Below are positions 28,110-38,065 of a DNA stretch of 38,319 nt, piece by piece. Within the stretch, counting starts at the first letter, position 1. Each line of letters starts with the position of its first letter. The notes under the pieces were generated by a model. It made no database searches and was not told the DNA's origin. It saw only the letters and a program-made list of their open reading frames with translations. The stretch is from contig JAAFKI010000076.1 in the NCBI GenBank assembly GCA_021399345.1, positions 1 through 38,319 on the forward strand. The letters run 5' to 3'. The translations under genes and the position numbers were made by a program. The DNA is from Candidatus Heimdallarchaeota archaeon. GTDB lineage: Archaea; Asgardarchaeota; Heimdallarchaeia; Heimdallarchaeales; Heimdallarchaeaceae.

Positions 28110-28877
28110 TTAGAGAAGATATTCAACAGCAATAGGATGTATTTTTGAGAATGTTGCTTGTTTAGATTTCATATATCGTATTAATCGTTCAAGCATTTGG
28201 ATGCGGTAAGCGTGACCGATACATGCTGGATGACACGTAAGAGTGTATACTCTACGACTATCCTCCATATCCTTAATTACCTGTAATGCATCAAATTGCG
28301 ATTTCCATGTTTCAAAAACAGCTGAAGGTGGTTGTTGAAGTTGCTCAAAAAGAATCCAATCATCAAGAAACCATTCGACAGGAAATTCAACTAAATTTCT
28401 AGGTGATTCAGGTACGGAGTAGATATAAGGTCTATCTTCATCCATTAAGGAAGAATCAAAGACATATCCCATTTCTGAGATTATTGTAAGAGTATACTTG
28501 GATAATTTCCAATAGGGAGCTCTGAATCCTTTAATTTTTCCTGCCAAATCCTCAAGAATTTGATTAGTATGTTCATGAACTATAGTTTCCTCATTAAACT
28601 CAAGTGTGTCCAATTCCTCATGTAAATATCCGTGAGCAGCAATCTCATGGCCATCAGCAATAATGTTTTGAATGGTTTCTGGGTATTTTTCAGCAACCCA
28701 ACCACAAACAAAGAAAGTAGATTGAATGTTATATTTTTTGAGCAAATCTAAAATCCTTGGTACTCCTCTCTGTATTGCAAATTGTCCTTTTGAGATTTTG
28801 ACAGGATCTTCTCCTTTTCTGATTTGAGAACTTTCAGCATCTACATCAAATGTTAAACACACAGAAATTTCATTCAT
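28110..28877 (-). CDS. polysaccharide deacetylase (CE4, PuuE/HpPgdA-like)
   Basis: CLTFDVD, GVPRIL.LL, TFFVCG, GHEIAAHGY.HE, GFRAPY, FDSS, LDDW and HP..IG. Confidence 0.92.
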   Translation of the reverse strand: MNEISVCLTFDVDAESSQIRKGEDPVKISKGQFAIQRGVPRILDLLKKYNIQSTFFVCGWVAEKYPETIQNIIADGHEIAAHGYLHEELDTLEFNEETIVHEHTNQILEDLAGKIKGFRAPYWKLSKYTLTIISEMGYVFDSSLMDEDRPYIYSVPESPRNLVEFPVEWFLDDWILFEQLQQPPSAVFETWKSQFDALQVIKDMEDSRRVYTLTCHPACIGHAYRIQMLERLIRYMKSKQATFSKIHPIAVEYLL

Positions 28878-28940
28878 GCAATTATAATGTGTTTTAACAA
28901 AAAAAAGTGTTGTCCACAGAGATTGACCCTTGATTTCATT

Positions 28941-29420
28941 TTAGTTCGAATAAATTTCTTCATCTGTCCATCCTGTGGATCTTTTGAATAGCCAAATTAT
29001 TTGACCTAAATGTCTAAGTTCATGGTAAATAAAACCTAGAATAGCTGTTTGACGAGGTTTTTTTCCTCTGAATGTCTCTATTATTTCTTCTTCCTCCTCA
29101 GATTGTAAATATGAGAGTCTCTGTTTGATAATGTCAGAAACAAGAAGGAAGGCATCTCTAAGATGATCAATACTCACATCATTATCTGAAACTTGACCTG
29201 GATTAAGAGCAATTGCTGGTGGTGTTAATTCTTCTCCACCTGGAAGATTGCGCAGTAACCAATAATTACTCATTAAAATGTGTCTAAAAATCAATTCAGA
29301 ACTCCATGTTCCTTTAGTTTCTTTAAAGCTGAAATGTTTATTCGCTACTTTGGTGAATCGTTCCAAAATATGTGATCTTTCCTCCTCAAGTATAGAATAA
29401 AGCTGAATTAAAGGGAGCAT
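28941..29420 (-). CDS. DinB/YfiT-family four-helix-bundle protein
   Basis: WS...IFRHI and HELRHLGQI His triad. Confidence 0.85.
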   Translation of the reverse strand: MLPLIQLYSILEEERSHILERFTKVANKHFSFKETKGTWSSELIFRHILMSNYWLLRNLPGGEELTPPAIALNPGQVSDNDVSIDHLRDAFLLVSDIIKQRLSYLQSEEEEEIIETFRGKKPRQTAILGFIYHELRHLGQIIWLFKRSTGWTDEEIYSN

Positions 29421-29511
29421 GAATCTGATGTTGAGAGAGGGTTAATAAGGTTTTTTCCAAAAGAGGAGAGATAAGATTATAAGCTTCTTTACAATCAGAA
29501 AATCGATACTA

Positions 29512-30216
29512 ATGTCAGAGGAATTTGATTTTGATAAGTACTGGCTTAGCAAATTCTCTAGTTGCATCGAAGAAATAGCTGGGCGTGAAATTAGAACTTC
29601 TGTAATGGAAGGGTGCGAAGAAATCTCCGCCCAGTCAACTAGGCAAGAAGTTTTTGATTGGTCTAATGAAGCCATGCATAGACTCTCTGAACTTGTTAAT
29701 AATGAAGAAAAAATCGCTATCATGACAGGTTGTGCATGTCGTTATTCAACAAAATCATTAGAGAAATATCAGAAATTATATGCTAGAACTAAGGATTTGA
29801 AACTTGTTCACCAAGAGTTTCAGAATGAATTTGAAAGTTTTCTGGAAACAAATCTAAAAATCGAAGATAAGTATAAGAAAGAGATTCTTAGTAGAGGAAT
29901 GGGAACAGCGGGTAAATTGCAAGGTAACAAAATTATTGCTACCAAAATTCCCAAAAGTGCATTTATCAAAGATTGGTTTGAAGAAACTGATCCTCTAAAA
30001 AAACGTGCAATATTCTGCCATTGTCCTAGAGTGCGTGATGTTCTAGATAATGAATCCAACAAACTTCCTGAACACTATTGCTATTGTGGTGCAGGTTTCT
30101 ACAAAGGTATATGGGAAGACATCCTTCAGAAAGAAGTTAAGGTGGAAGTTCTTGAAACAGTTATGCATGGTGGTGATGTCTGTAAAATTGCTATACATCT
30201 TCCAGAGGATGTATGA
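29512..30216 (+). CDS. Cys-rich protein with V4R-like C-terminus (DUF6144-like)
   Basis: GCAC, FCHCP, YCYCGAGF...WE..L...V.VEVL.TV..GGD.C.I.I pattern. Confidence 0.65.
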   Translation: MSEEFDFDKYWLSKFSSCIEEIAGREIRTSVMEGCEEISAQSTRQEVFDWSNEAMHRLSELVNNEEKIAIMTGCACRYSTKSLEKYQKLYARTKDLKLVHQEFQNEFESFLETNLKIEDKYKKEILSRGMGTAGKLQGNKIIATKIPKSAFIKDWFEETDPLKKRAIFCHCPRVRDVLDNESNKLPEHYCYCGAGFYKGIWEDILQKEVKVEVLETVMHGGDVCKIAIHLPEDV

Positions 30217-30267
30217 AAGATGAGCATAGTTTTTTAAATCATTCATTTTTCTTTGTTTTGAGATTAA

Positions 30268-30987
30268 ATGGAAATAGCTAGTCTTATTCTGCTTATCATA
30301 TTTGCTTTTGTCTCTTTTATACACTTGCTAGGAGAACTTTTGGTTGATTTTGGAAAAGATCAATTTGTTTTAGCTAGGTTTATAACAAAACCATTATTGA
30401 TGCCACTTTTATTGGCATTTTTTGTATCGTCTCTTTTGAATTTTTCAGTGTATGAAGTTTGGTTTGTAATAGCTTTAGTCTTTGGATTTCTAGGGGATGT
30501 TTTCTTAATGATACCTGATCCTGATAAGAAACTTCTCGGGTTGAAACTTGGTCTTAGTGCCTTTTTGTTAGGGCACATTTCATATATCGTGGCTTTTATT
30601 ATCAATGTTCGAGGATTTATTTTATGGCAATGGTGGGGTATGTTCTTAGCTTTACCATTTGTTGGAGCAGCTTCAATTGCGCATCCTTACATAACTAAAA
30701 ACACAGGAAAGATGACTAAAGCTGTTACTGCATATATCTTTATTATTTGTTTAATGTGTATCAGTTCAACATTTCTGTTTCTACCTAAAGGATGGCCCAA
30801 TTATCAATTAGGGGCCATAATCTTGTATCTCGGAGCTTGGTTATTTGCAGTTTCTGATTTTTCCAATGGAATAAGGAGATTTGTTAAAAAATTCAGATAT
30901 GAAAGATTAGTAACAATGTTTTCCTATATTTCTAGCCAATTACTAATTGTTCTAGGTTTTATAATTTGGTTGAACGGAAGTCTCTGA
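30268..30987 (+). CDS. YhhN/TMEM86-family membrane protein (lysoplasmalogenase-like)
   Basis: TKPLLMPLL, GDVFL, GL.AFLLGH.SY, GA.LF.VSD and Y..SQ motifs. Confidence 0.9.
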   Translation: MEIASLILLIIFAFVSFIHLLGELLVDFGKDQFVLARFITKPLLMPLLLAFFVSSLLNFSVYEVWFVIALVFGFLGDVFLMIPDPDKKLLGLKLGLSAFLLGHISYIVAFIINVRGFILWQWWGMFLALPFVGAASIAHPYITKNTGKMTKAVTAYIFIICLMCISSTFLFLPKGWPNYQLGAIILYLGAWLFAVSDFSNGIRRFVKKFRYERLVTMFSYISSQLLIVLGFIIWLNGSL

Positions 30988-31002
30988 TTTCTTAAAATGC
31001 TC

Positions 31003-32241
31003 TCATTTACTCATTAAAAGAATAAGTGTCGACCATCCAAAATTGTTAGCTCCTCCACCTTCACCCGTTATTGGATTATAAAATTCTCTAAATCCTGACT
31101 TATCGACTAATTCTCTTGTTTTTTGTGCAAGCTCATCAGCTAGTGAATTTTCATTATGTTTTTTCAATCCTTTCCAGATGAAGAAATTAGTATTAACCCA
31201 AGTAGGTCCTCTCCAGAGTAACTGGATGTTGTTAGGATTGAAGGATCGCTCGGTCATTGACACGGTTGGTACAGGGTAAGTTGACCAATATTCTGTTCTA
31301 TTAGTTAAATGAGTTATCAGACTATCTTTGATGTCCTTGGGAATATCCAACATCAGCGGTAGTAGGGCTGTAATCGTATTAACATGGATTTGCTTATTAT
31401 TGCTTGCATTCAAATTTATATCAAAAAAAAGTTCCTCTTTTTCATTCCAAGAATTTTGTATCAAGCTATCTAAAACAGCTTGTGATTTTTCCTTTAATTC
31501 TTTAGCAGCATCTTTAAGGCTGTATTTGGCTAGAACCTCGCTAAAAGCTTCCATTCCAAACGCGTATAGCGTGTTTGTTAAAACACATTTTACTTTAAAA
31601 GTAGATTTTTTTGCGATAATTTCTTGATTCCACTCATATTTAGCTGATTCTTTCAAGAGTGCTCTCATACGTTTCCATTGATGAAATCGCATTAATCTCT
31701 TATTTGTTAATTCTAAATCGAATTTAGGGGATGAATCTAAACCGCTCTCCCAAGGATGAATGATTGAAATTAAGTTCATCTTCTCTGGGTCTCTCACTTT
31801 AGCTAAGTAGTTATAATGGGAAAGAATACCTTCTATAATTTCTTTCTTGAATTCAGTACCTTTTTTTGCTAGCTTATGAACTGTATATCCGATTAAAGGT
31901 GGTTGAATCAACTCAGAGTAAAGATCAGTAAGATATAGTTTATCAAAAATCCACCAATAAATGTTCTTAATTTTTTTCCAAAAGATCATGTGTGGAATAA
32001 ATTGTTTTTCATCCATCCCAAGCATTAAGCTGTTAATTTCTTGAATAGCTCTAGATTGTTCTCCTAATTCTGACCAAACTAGGCTATGAAGGCATGAATC
32101 CCAAAACCACTGTTGATCATAAGTTCCAGGACTTGGTGCGGTGTAAGTGATTTCATGCAGTAGATCGTTTCTAGATATCTGTTTTTGAATTGTGTTCTTG
32201 GATAAAAGATCTCTAACTTGGTCCGCAAGCAAAATATTCAC
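31003..32241 (-). CDS. GH63-like (alpha/alpha)6 glycoside hydrolase (mannosyl/glucosylglycerate hydrolase or trehalase-like)
   Basis: Y..QWFWDS, PHM, QPP, HPWESGLDSSP, WRGPTW.N.N, FREFYNP..G.G.G...FGWS. Confidence 0.88.
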   Translation of the reverse strand: MNILLADQVRDLLSKNTIQKQISRNDLLHEITYTAPSPGTYDQQWFWDSCLHSLVWSELGEQSRAIQEINSLMLGMDEKQFIPHMIFWKKIKNIYWWIFDKLYLTDLYSELIQPPLIGYTVHKLAKKGTEFKKEIIEGILSHYNYLAKVRDPEKMNLISIIHPWESGLDSSPKFDLELTNKRLMRFHQWKRMRALLKESAKYEWNQEIIAKKSTFKVKCVLTNTLYAFGMEAFSEVLAKYSLKDAAKELKEKSQAVLDSLIQNSWNEKEELFFDINLNASNNKQIHVNTITALLPLMLDIPKDIKDSLITHLTNRTEYWSTYPVPTVSMTERSFNPNNIQLLWRGPTWVNTNFFIWKGLKKHNENSLADELAQKTRELVDKSGFREFYNPITGEGGGANNFGWSTLILLMSK

Positions 32242-32302
32242 TGTATAGACATTTCTTTTGAATATATGACTTTTTTTGAATAAAAGAAAAATAAAAAGAA
32301 AG

Positions 32303-33775
32303 TTAGTAGCTTCTTGCTACATAAACTGTTTCATGAGCTGGATTGCCACAAACTACACATTTTTCGAATTTGTGAGTTTCAGCATCAGTTCTCTTACCTC
32401 TTACTTGAGCCTTGACTTCTTTTTCAATAATTTCAGCGCATGGTTCACCATCAAGATCAATTGAACAGAATCCAGTACAAGCAATTTTATTTTCACCGAT
32501 AATTTTCTTGACTTCCTCAACTGTATTTGCTATTTCTACTTGTGATTCAAACTGAATGGAATATTTTTCCTTTAGCAGTTTAGTGAAATTTTCGGCATAA
32601 TTTTCTATATACTTATTCAACTCATCTTGCTTTACTCTTATCTTCTCTCCAGAAATCCTATTTACAGCTACAATTTGGTTATTTTCTATATCCTTAGGAC
32701 CAATTTCAATCCTTAGAGGTACTCCTTTCAATTCCCATTCATTGAATTTTTCTCCTGGATTTACGTAGTCTCTATCATCAAGTTTGATGTATGCATTATC
32801 AATGAGATCATCAATAAGATGGGTTAATTCTCTGGCTTTATCTAAAACCAGTTCTTTGGTATCAGCTCTGTAAATAGGAATTATTACAATTTGAATAGGC
32901 GCTAAGTCCCATGGAAGCACTAAACCTTGATCATCACCAAGTAAAGAGATCATTGCTCCATAAATTCTACTTATTGCTGGACCATAGCAAGTGATGTATC
33001 CATATTTCTCTTCATTGTCTTCATCCATAAATGTAACATCAAATGGTTTAGAGAAATTTTGTCCTAACAGATGTGTTGAAGGTAATTGTAATACTCTTCC
33101 TGAATCCATTAAAGCATCAGCAGCATATGTGTGAACAGCTCCAGCAAACTTATCCCATTCTGGTCTTTGGAAAAAGATGATTGGAATAGCAAATTCATCT
33201 TGAAGCATTTCATATGTTGTTTCCATGTCCTCAATGACTTGTTGTCTAGCTTCTTCTTCTGTTGCAAAAACATCATGAGATTCAATCCAATGAAACTCTC
33301 TGGCTCGGAAGAAAGCTCTAGTGTCCCCACCTTCGAATCTGAAAACTTGCCCAGAGACATATCTCTTGAAAGGTAAGTCATTGTAACTTCTTATCCATAG
33401 CGAATACATTTGATAAAGAGCAGTTTCACTAGTTGGTCTTAAAGCCAGTTTTTCTTCTAGTTTCTTCTCTCCACCGTGTGTAACCCAGAAAACTTGAGGT
33501 GAAAAACCTTCAACGTGATCTGCTTCCAGTAAGAAGTTTCTTTCCGGTATTAAGGTAGGCATTATTAACGGCAGATGCCCCTTCTTTTCGAGACATTTTT
33601 CGTATTTTTCATACATTCGTTTTATAGAGACAGAAGCCCAAGCTCGATAAGGAACAAGACCTTTAATGTTATAGCGTATATCTGCTAGTTCTGCCTTTTG
33701 TATTAGTTCTGTGTACCATCTAGAAAAGTCCTCACTTTTCTTAACCGAAATACCTTTCATCTTTTCTTTTGACAT
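32303..33775 (-). CDS. proS: proline--tRNA ligase, archaeal/eukaryote-like type
   Basis: FS.WY, LALRPTSET, VFRFE..TRAFFR.REF.W.E.H, EKFNEWELKGVPLRIEIGPKD, C-terminal zinc domain ending ARSY. Confidence 0.97.
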   Translation of the reverse strand: MSKEKMKGISVKKSEDFSRWYTELIQKAELADIRYNIKGLVPYRAWASVSIKRMYEKYEKCLEKKGHLPLIMPTLIPERNFLLEADHVEGFSPQVFWVTHGGEKKLEEKLALRPTSETALYQMYSLWIRSYNDLPFKRYVSGQVFRFEGGDTRAFFRAREFHWIESHDVFATEEEARQQVIEDMETTYEMLQDEFAIPIIFFQRPEWDKFAGAVHTYAADALMDSGRVLQLPSTHLLGQNFSKPFDVTFMDEDNEEKYGYITCYGPAISRIYGAMISLLGDDQGLVLPWDLAPIQIVIIPIYRADTKELVLDKARELTHLIDDLIDNAYIKLDDRDYVNPGEKFNEWELKGVPLRIEIGPKDIENNQIVAVNRISGEKIRVKQDELNKYIENYAENFTKLLKEKYSIQFESQVEIANTVEEVKKIIGENKIACTGFCSIDLDGEPCAEIIEKEVKAQVRGKRTDAETHKFEKCVVCGNPAHETVYVARSY

Positions 33776-33922
33776 AGTATCAAGTCTCAGAAAGAAAAAG
33801 GCTTTATTAGTTTTTCAGTTGATGGAAAATTTTTGCAAAACGTATTTATTCATATGTTCATCTATTCTAACATTCATTAATTCACTAACCCGAGCTTATG
33901 AATACACAAGAGATGGTATAAT

Positions 33923-34834
33923 ATGGGTAACATGCCTTTCCATAACAAAGAATCAATTCAGTTGTTTATTCTCGAATCTTTAGTAGAAATATCTAATCTC
34001 CATAAAGCATTAGATCACCCTACAAGACTAGAAATACTCGCTAGATTGCTAACTGAACCTATGGAATTTGGTGATCTACAAGAAAAACTGAGAATAGCTA
34101 AAACTTCACTAGCTAACCACCTTACAACTTTAGTTGATTGTGGTTTAGTTGAAAAAAGAGAAAGAGGATTTTACCAGATTTCTTTTGATGGAGAAGATAT
34201 TCTTACAAGTTCTGCTAAAACTTTTCTAGAGATAAAAGTCAGAGAACAGGAAAAGCTTGAAACCCTTAGATTACGTTATGAAGCGTTAATCAATAAATAC
34301 ACAGTATTAGGTAGTGAAATAAAAATGTTTAAAGAAAATGATTTCAAAATAGTTAATTTACCGGAAATGAAGGTTGTATCCTTCCACGCTATGGGTGAAT
34401 TTTTAGGCGACCCTGAACCAAAAGCAGGGGAAAAACTGTATTCATGGGCTGAACCACAAGGACTATATGATAAACCAGAAAAGCATAGAGTATTCGGTTT
34501 CAATAATCCTGATCCAAAATATGATAAAGAAAGTGGAACGTTTATCATTAACAAAGAAAATCCATATGGTTATGAATTTTGGATGACCATTGATGATGAT
34601 TTTGAAGTTGATGGTAATTTGACAGTTAAAACAATTCCTGAAGGTTTATTCGTGACTAAGAGTTGTGTTGGAGTACATGATTTGGGAAGAGCTTGGAAAG
34701 AATTAGGTGACTGGGTTAAGGAAAGTAAAGAATACAAATTTGCACCACATCAATGTTTGGAAGAAAATACTAACCCTAAAGTAAGTGATGGAAATAAAAT
34801 CCCGTTCATTCTATACTTCCCAATAAAGAAATAA
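33923..34834 (+). CDS. ArsR-type wHTH regulator fused to a GyrI-like effector-binding domain
   Basis: KALDHPTRLEIL..LANHL..L...GLV (ArsR); KIVNLPEMKV, VFGFNNPDP, YGYEFW, AWKEL..WV and QCLEE (GyrI-like). Confidence 0.88.
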   Translation: MGNMPFHNKESIQLFILESLVEISNLHKALDHPTRLEILARLLTEPMEFGDLQEKLRIAKTSLANHLTTLVDCGLVEKRERGFYQISFDGEDILTSSAKTFLEIKVREQEKLETLRLRYEALINKYTVLGSEIKMFKENDFKIVNLPEMKVVSFHAMGEFLGDPEPKAGEKLYSWAEPQGLYDKPEKHRVFGFNNPDPKYDKESGTFIINKENPYGYEFWMTIDDDFEVDGNLTVKTIPEGLFVTKSCVGVHDLGRAWKELGDWVKESKEYKFAPHQCLEENTNPKVSDGNKIPFILYFPIKK

Positions 34835-35132
34835 AAAGGAAAACTTTCCTTTCTTTTTTTCAAGAAGAATAAAACCATGTAGACATTTCCTATTTTGAAC
34901 TGTAGATGCAGCAAAAATGTATTTCTTCAGCCTGATGTAATGCAAAAGTGTAATAATGAGCACACTAGAGCAATCTCGATTATATGTGTGGAAACATACA
35001 CACATAAGGTTTTTGTCGGGAAATTAAGTGAAATCCCCTAAATATATGCAGATAGTATTTTTAACCAACCAAAAGGCATATAATAGAGTTCAATTACTAG
35101 TAGTAATTAGAGTAAAAAGCATGGTGTCTTAA

Positions 35133-35711
35133 CTGGAAACAAAAAAATTTAAAATAGCGCTACTTGGTGAAGGCGCGGTCGGAAAGACGAGTTTGCGGAA
35201 AAATTTTATAGGGGAAGGATTCGATCGCGATTATCAAATGACTTTAGGCGCTGATTTCGCTACCAAAGTGTTGCATGTTGATGACTACGAAGTTACATTA
35301 ATTCTCTGGGATCTTGCTGGTCAGCCTCGATTTTCAGCTGTTCGTGAAGGATTTTACAAAGGAGTTAGAGGTGCTCTTCTAGTCTTTGATTTAACTCGTC
35401 CTGATTCGTACGAACACCTTTCAGATTGGGTTAGAGAATTACTTAAGAATAATCAAAATAGAAAAGTTCCTTTAGTTTTAATCGGGAATAAAAACGATTT
35501 ACGTGGTTCATTATACAATACCATTCCTGCTGAATATGGAGAGAAATACGCAAAATCACTCGCAAATTGGAGTGGATATAACATCCCTTACATTGAAACT
35601 TCTGCTAAATTTGGAGACAATGTTAATGATGCTTTTCAGATCTTAGTCAGCGAAATCATAAAGAGTACTCAGACTGAAGCGATTCATCATTACTTACGTG
35701 GAGAACTTTAA
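35133..35711 (+). CDS. Rab-like small GTPase
   Basis: In-frame extension upstream of the track start gives FKIALLGEGAVGKTSL (G1); TLGADF (G2), WDLAGQ (G3), FYKGVRGALLVFD, GNKND (G4), ETSAK (G5). Start proposed at CTG 35133. Confidence 0.92.
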   Translation: METKKFKIALLGEGAVGKTSLRKNFIGEGFDRDYQMTLGADFATKVLHVDDYEVTLILWDLAGQPRFSAVREGFYKGVRGALLVFDLTRPDSYEHLSDWVRELLKNNQNRKVPLVLIGNKNDLRGSLYNTIPAEYGEKYAKSLANWSGYNIPYIETSAKFGDNVNDAFQILVSEIIKSTQTEAIHHYLRGEL

Positions 35712-35713
35712 TA

Positions 35714-38065
35714 TTATTCTTTCCAAAAACTTTCTATCATTTTGGATAACTGGTTTTTATTGTTTATTAGCCTTATATCCTGCCACGCTTCAGGAAAGAG
35801 CTTTGTATAGGTATTTGTTGAATATCTATCCCCAATTAGAAGAACCACTCCTTGATCCTTTTCTGTTCTAATAACTCTACCTGCTGCTTGCATCACCTTA
35901 TTCATTCCAGGAAAAGTATAAGCAAATAAGAATCCCTTGCCATTTTCTTCATCAAAATAGTCCTTTATGAGATTTTGTTCTAGACTTATTTTAGGTAATC
36001 CAACTCCTACAACAACTGCACCAGACAATTTTTCACCAATGAGATCAATACCTTCCCCAAATATTCCCCCCATCACACAAAATCCAATCAGTGGTGTTCT
36101 TCCAAAGTCTGAGAATTTTTCTAAAAATTCTTCTCTTTGCTGTTCTGTCATTCCTTGGGTTTGAACTATAATTTCAGTTCCTTCTTTAATTTTCTCAAAT
36201 TCTTCTAAAACATTCTCCAAATAAACATATGATGGAAAATAAATTAGATAATTACCAATCTTAGGTTTAGTCACTCTAAGAATGAGTTCAGCAATTTCTT
36301 TGTAAGATTGGTCTCTATGAACATATCTAGTAGAGATGTGATCTGCTAGCATTAGAGCTAAATTTTCCTTTGGAAAGGGTGATGGTAGTTGCATCTTAGT
36401 GCTTCCTTTATCTCCACCAAGAAGATAAGCAAAATAATCTAAAGGTGTTAAAGTGGCTGAATAGAAAATTGCCGTATTTCCTCTATTGAGTGCCTTTTTT
36501 AACAATTTTGATGGATCTATGCAGTATAATTTAATCATCACATTGCTTCTATATTTTCTAAAGTATGTTACATAATGGCTGTCATATTCTTCTGCGACTC
36601 GTAAGAAATTTCTAACATCAAAAAACAACTCCAACAATCCCTCTCTGAAATCTGTGGGATTGTTCAACTCCAACCAATCTGAAGTTAAGCTTGAGAATTT
36701 TCTTAACATCTTGAGAAGTTCTTCGTCTGGTAATTCTTTTTGAACGATGTAAAAATGTTCTTTCTCCTCACATCTTTTTCTAGTTCTAATCATATATTGG
36801 TTGATTTTATTCAGAATTTTAGCGATTTCAGGTATTTCCTCTTTAGTTGCTCTTCTTAGTTTCAGAATAGGTTTCTTCAGAAGTTCTGCTGAGAACATCT
36901 TTCTGGCTCTATCTACCAAATTATGAGCTTCATCAATTAAGAAAGTATAATCTCCTTTTTCCTCAGCAAAGAAACGTTTGAGAAAAACCCTTGGGTCAAA
37001 TGCATAATTATAATCGCAGATTATACAATCAGACCATAGAGCTAAATCTAAAGACAACTCAAAGGGACATACTTTGTGTTTCATAGCATATTCTTCAATT
37101 ACAGACTTTGTAAAAGCTTCTTCTTGAAAAATATCTTTGATAGCAGTATTTACTCTGTTGAAGTGTCCTCTAGCAAACTCACAGTAATTTGGGTCACACA
37201 TGTCATTCTCTTTAAAACAGATTTTTGCTTTAGCTGTGATTGAAACAGATTTCAAACTCAAACCTGCTTTCCTAAGTATATCTAATGTTTCTTCTGCTAT
37301 AAATCGTGTAGTCGTTTTTGCAGTGAGATAAAAGATTTTAGAGTCAAAGCTAGTCCTCAGTAGTTTTATTGAAGGATAAACAGCTCCAATAGTTTTGCCT
37401 ATTCCTGTAGGAGCTTGACATAGAAGTTTATTCTTTTCTGAAAGAACCTCTTCAACAATTTTAATCATCTTTTCTTGACCTTTTCGAAAGGATGGAAATG
37501 GAAAAGATAGATTCTTAATACTTGAACTTCTCTTTTTCAGCCAATTTGACAAAATAACGGCCCATTCTAAATATTGATCAATGATGTTTAAACAGAACTT
37601 TTCGAGTTCTTGGAGAGTATATTTAATTGTGAATAATTTGATCTGTTTGGTATTAATTTGATAATATGTCAGCTGAACATTAATTTCTTCCATTTTATGT
37701 TTTCTAGCATACAGAAATGCATAGAATTTTGCTTGAGCCCAATAGTTCTCATTTGATTCTTTTGATAAACCGATAAAATTCTGTGATGTGCTTTTGATTT
37801 CTTCAATGAAAGTTACACCTTCTTTCTTAAAAACACCGTCAATGCGACCTCTGAGACTTATAATTGCTTTTTTTCTTACAATATCTTCAGCAATATGAAC
37901 TTCTTTTTGGTAGTCTTTCCCTCTTGAACCTTGAATCTTCTGATGTACTTTGGTCCCTTCGACCAATCTAGACTGACTGAAGAATCCATATGAAATATCT
38001 CCTTTTCTGAGTACATATTCCACTAAATTCCTAATAGATGTCTGAATAATGGTCTTATCTTCCAT
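35714..38065 (-). CDS. DinG/XPD-family Fe-S helicase with N-terminal PD-(D/E)xK nuclease domain
   Basis: G..VH...Q, GRIDG..IEEIKS, QA..Y (nuclease); FRKGQ, APTGIGKT, four Fe-S Cys (ICF..C...YC..CPF), DEAHNL, SATL, FGEGID, QAAGRVIR. Confidence 0.93.
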   Translation of the reverse strand: MEDKTIIQTSIRNLVEYVLRKGDISYGFFSQSRLVEGTKVHQKIQGSRGKDYQKEVHIAEDIVRKKAIISLRGRIDGVFKKEGVTFIEEIKSTSQNFIGLSKESNENYWAQAKFYAFLYARKHKMEEINVQLTYYQINTKQIKLFTIKYTLQELEKFCLNIIDQYLEWAVILSNWLKKRSSSIKNLSFPFPSFRKGQEKMIKIVEEVLSEKNKLLCQAPTGIGKTIGAVYPSIKLLRTSFDSKIFYLTAKTTTRFIAEETLDILRKAGLSLKSVSITAKAKICFKENDMCDPNYCEFARGHFNRVNTAIKDIFQEEAFTKSVIEEYAMKHKVCPFELSLDLALWSDCIICDYNYAFDPRVFLKRFFAEEKGDYTFLIDEAHNLVDRARKMFSAELLKKPILKLRRATKEEIPEIAKILNKINQYMIRTRKRCEEKEHFYIVQKELPDEELLKMLRKFSSLTSDWLELNNPTDFREGLLELFFDVRNFLRVAEEYDSHYVTYFRKYRSNVMIKLYCIDPSKLLKKALNRGNTAIFYSATLTPLDYFAYLLGGDKGSTKMQLPSPFPKENLALMLADHISTRYVHRDQSYKEIAELILRVTKPKIGNYLIYFPSYVYLENVLEEFEKIKEGTEIIVQTQGMTEQQREEFLEKFSDFGRTPLIGFCVMGGIFGEGIDLIGEKLSGAVVVGVGLPKISLEQNLIKDYFDEENGKGFLFAYTFPGMNKVMQAAGRVIRTEKDQGVVLLIGDRYSTNTYTKLFPEAWQDIRLINNKNQLSKMIESFWKE

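Noticed and set aside
33854-33873. ATGTT-N10-AACAT inverted repeat as an ArsR operator
   Set aside because: A 5-bp arm is expected by chance in AT-rich DNA.
35121-35135. Genome-wide TAA reassignment to explain the in-frame stops
   Set aside because: TAA terminates many well-conserved genes here at their expected ends (e.g. pepQ and the SPFH gene).
37700-38065. Cas4/type IV CRISPR CasDinG interpretation of the helicase
   Set aside because: No Cas4 Cys cluster in the nuclease domain and no other cas genes or array in the window.
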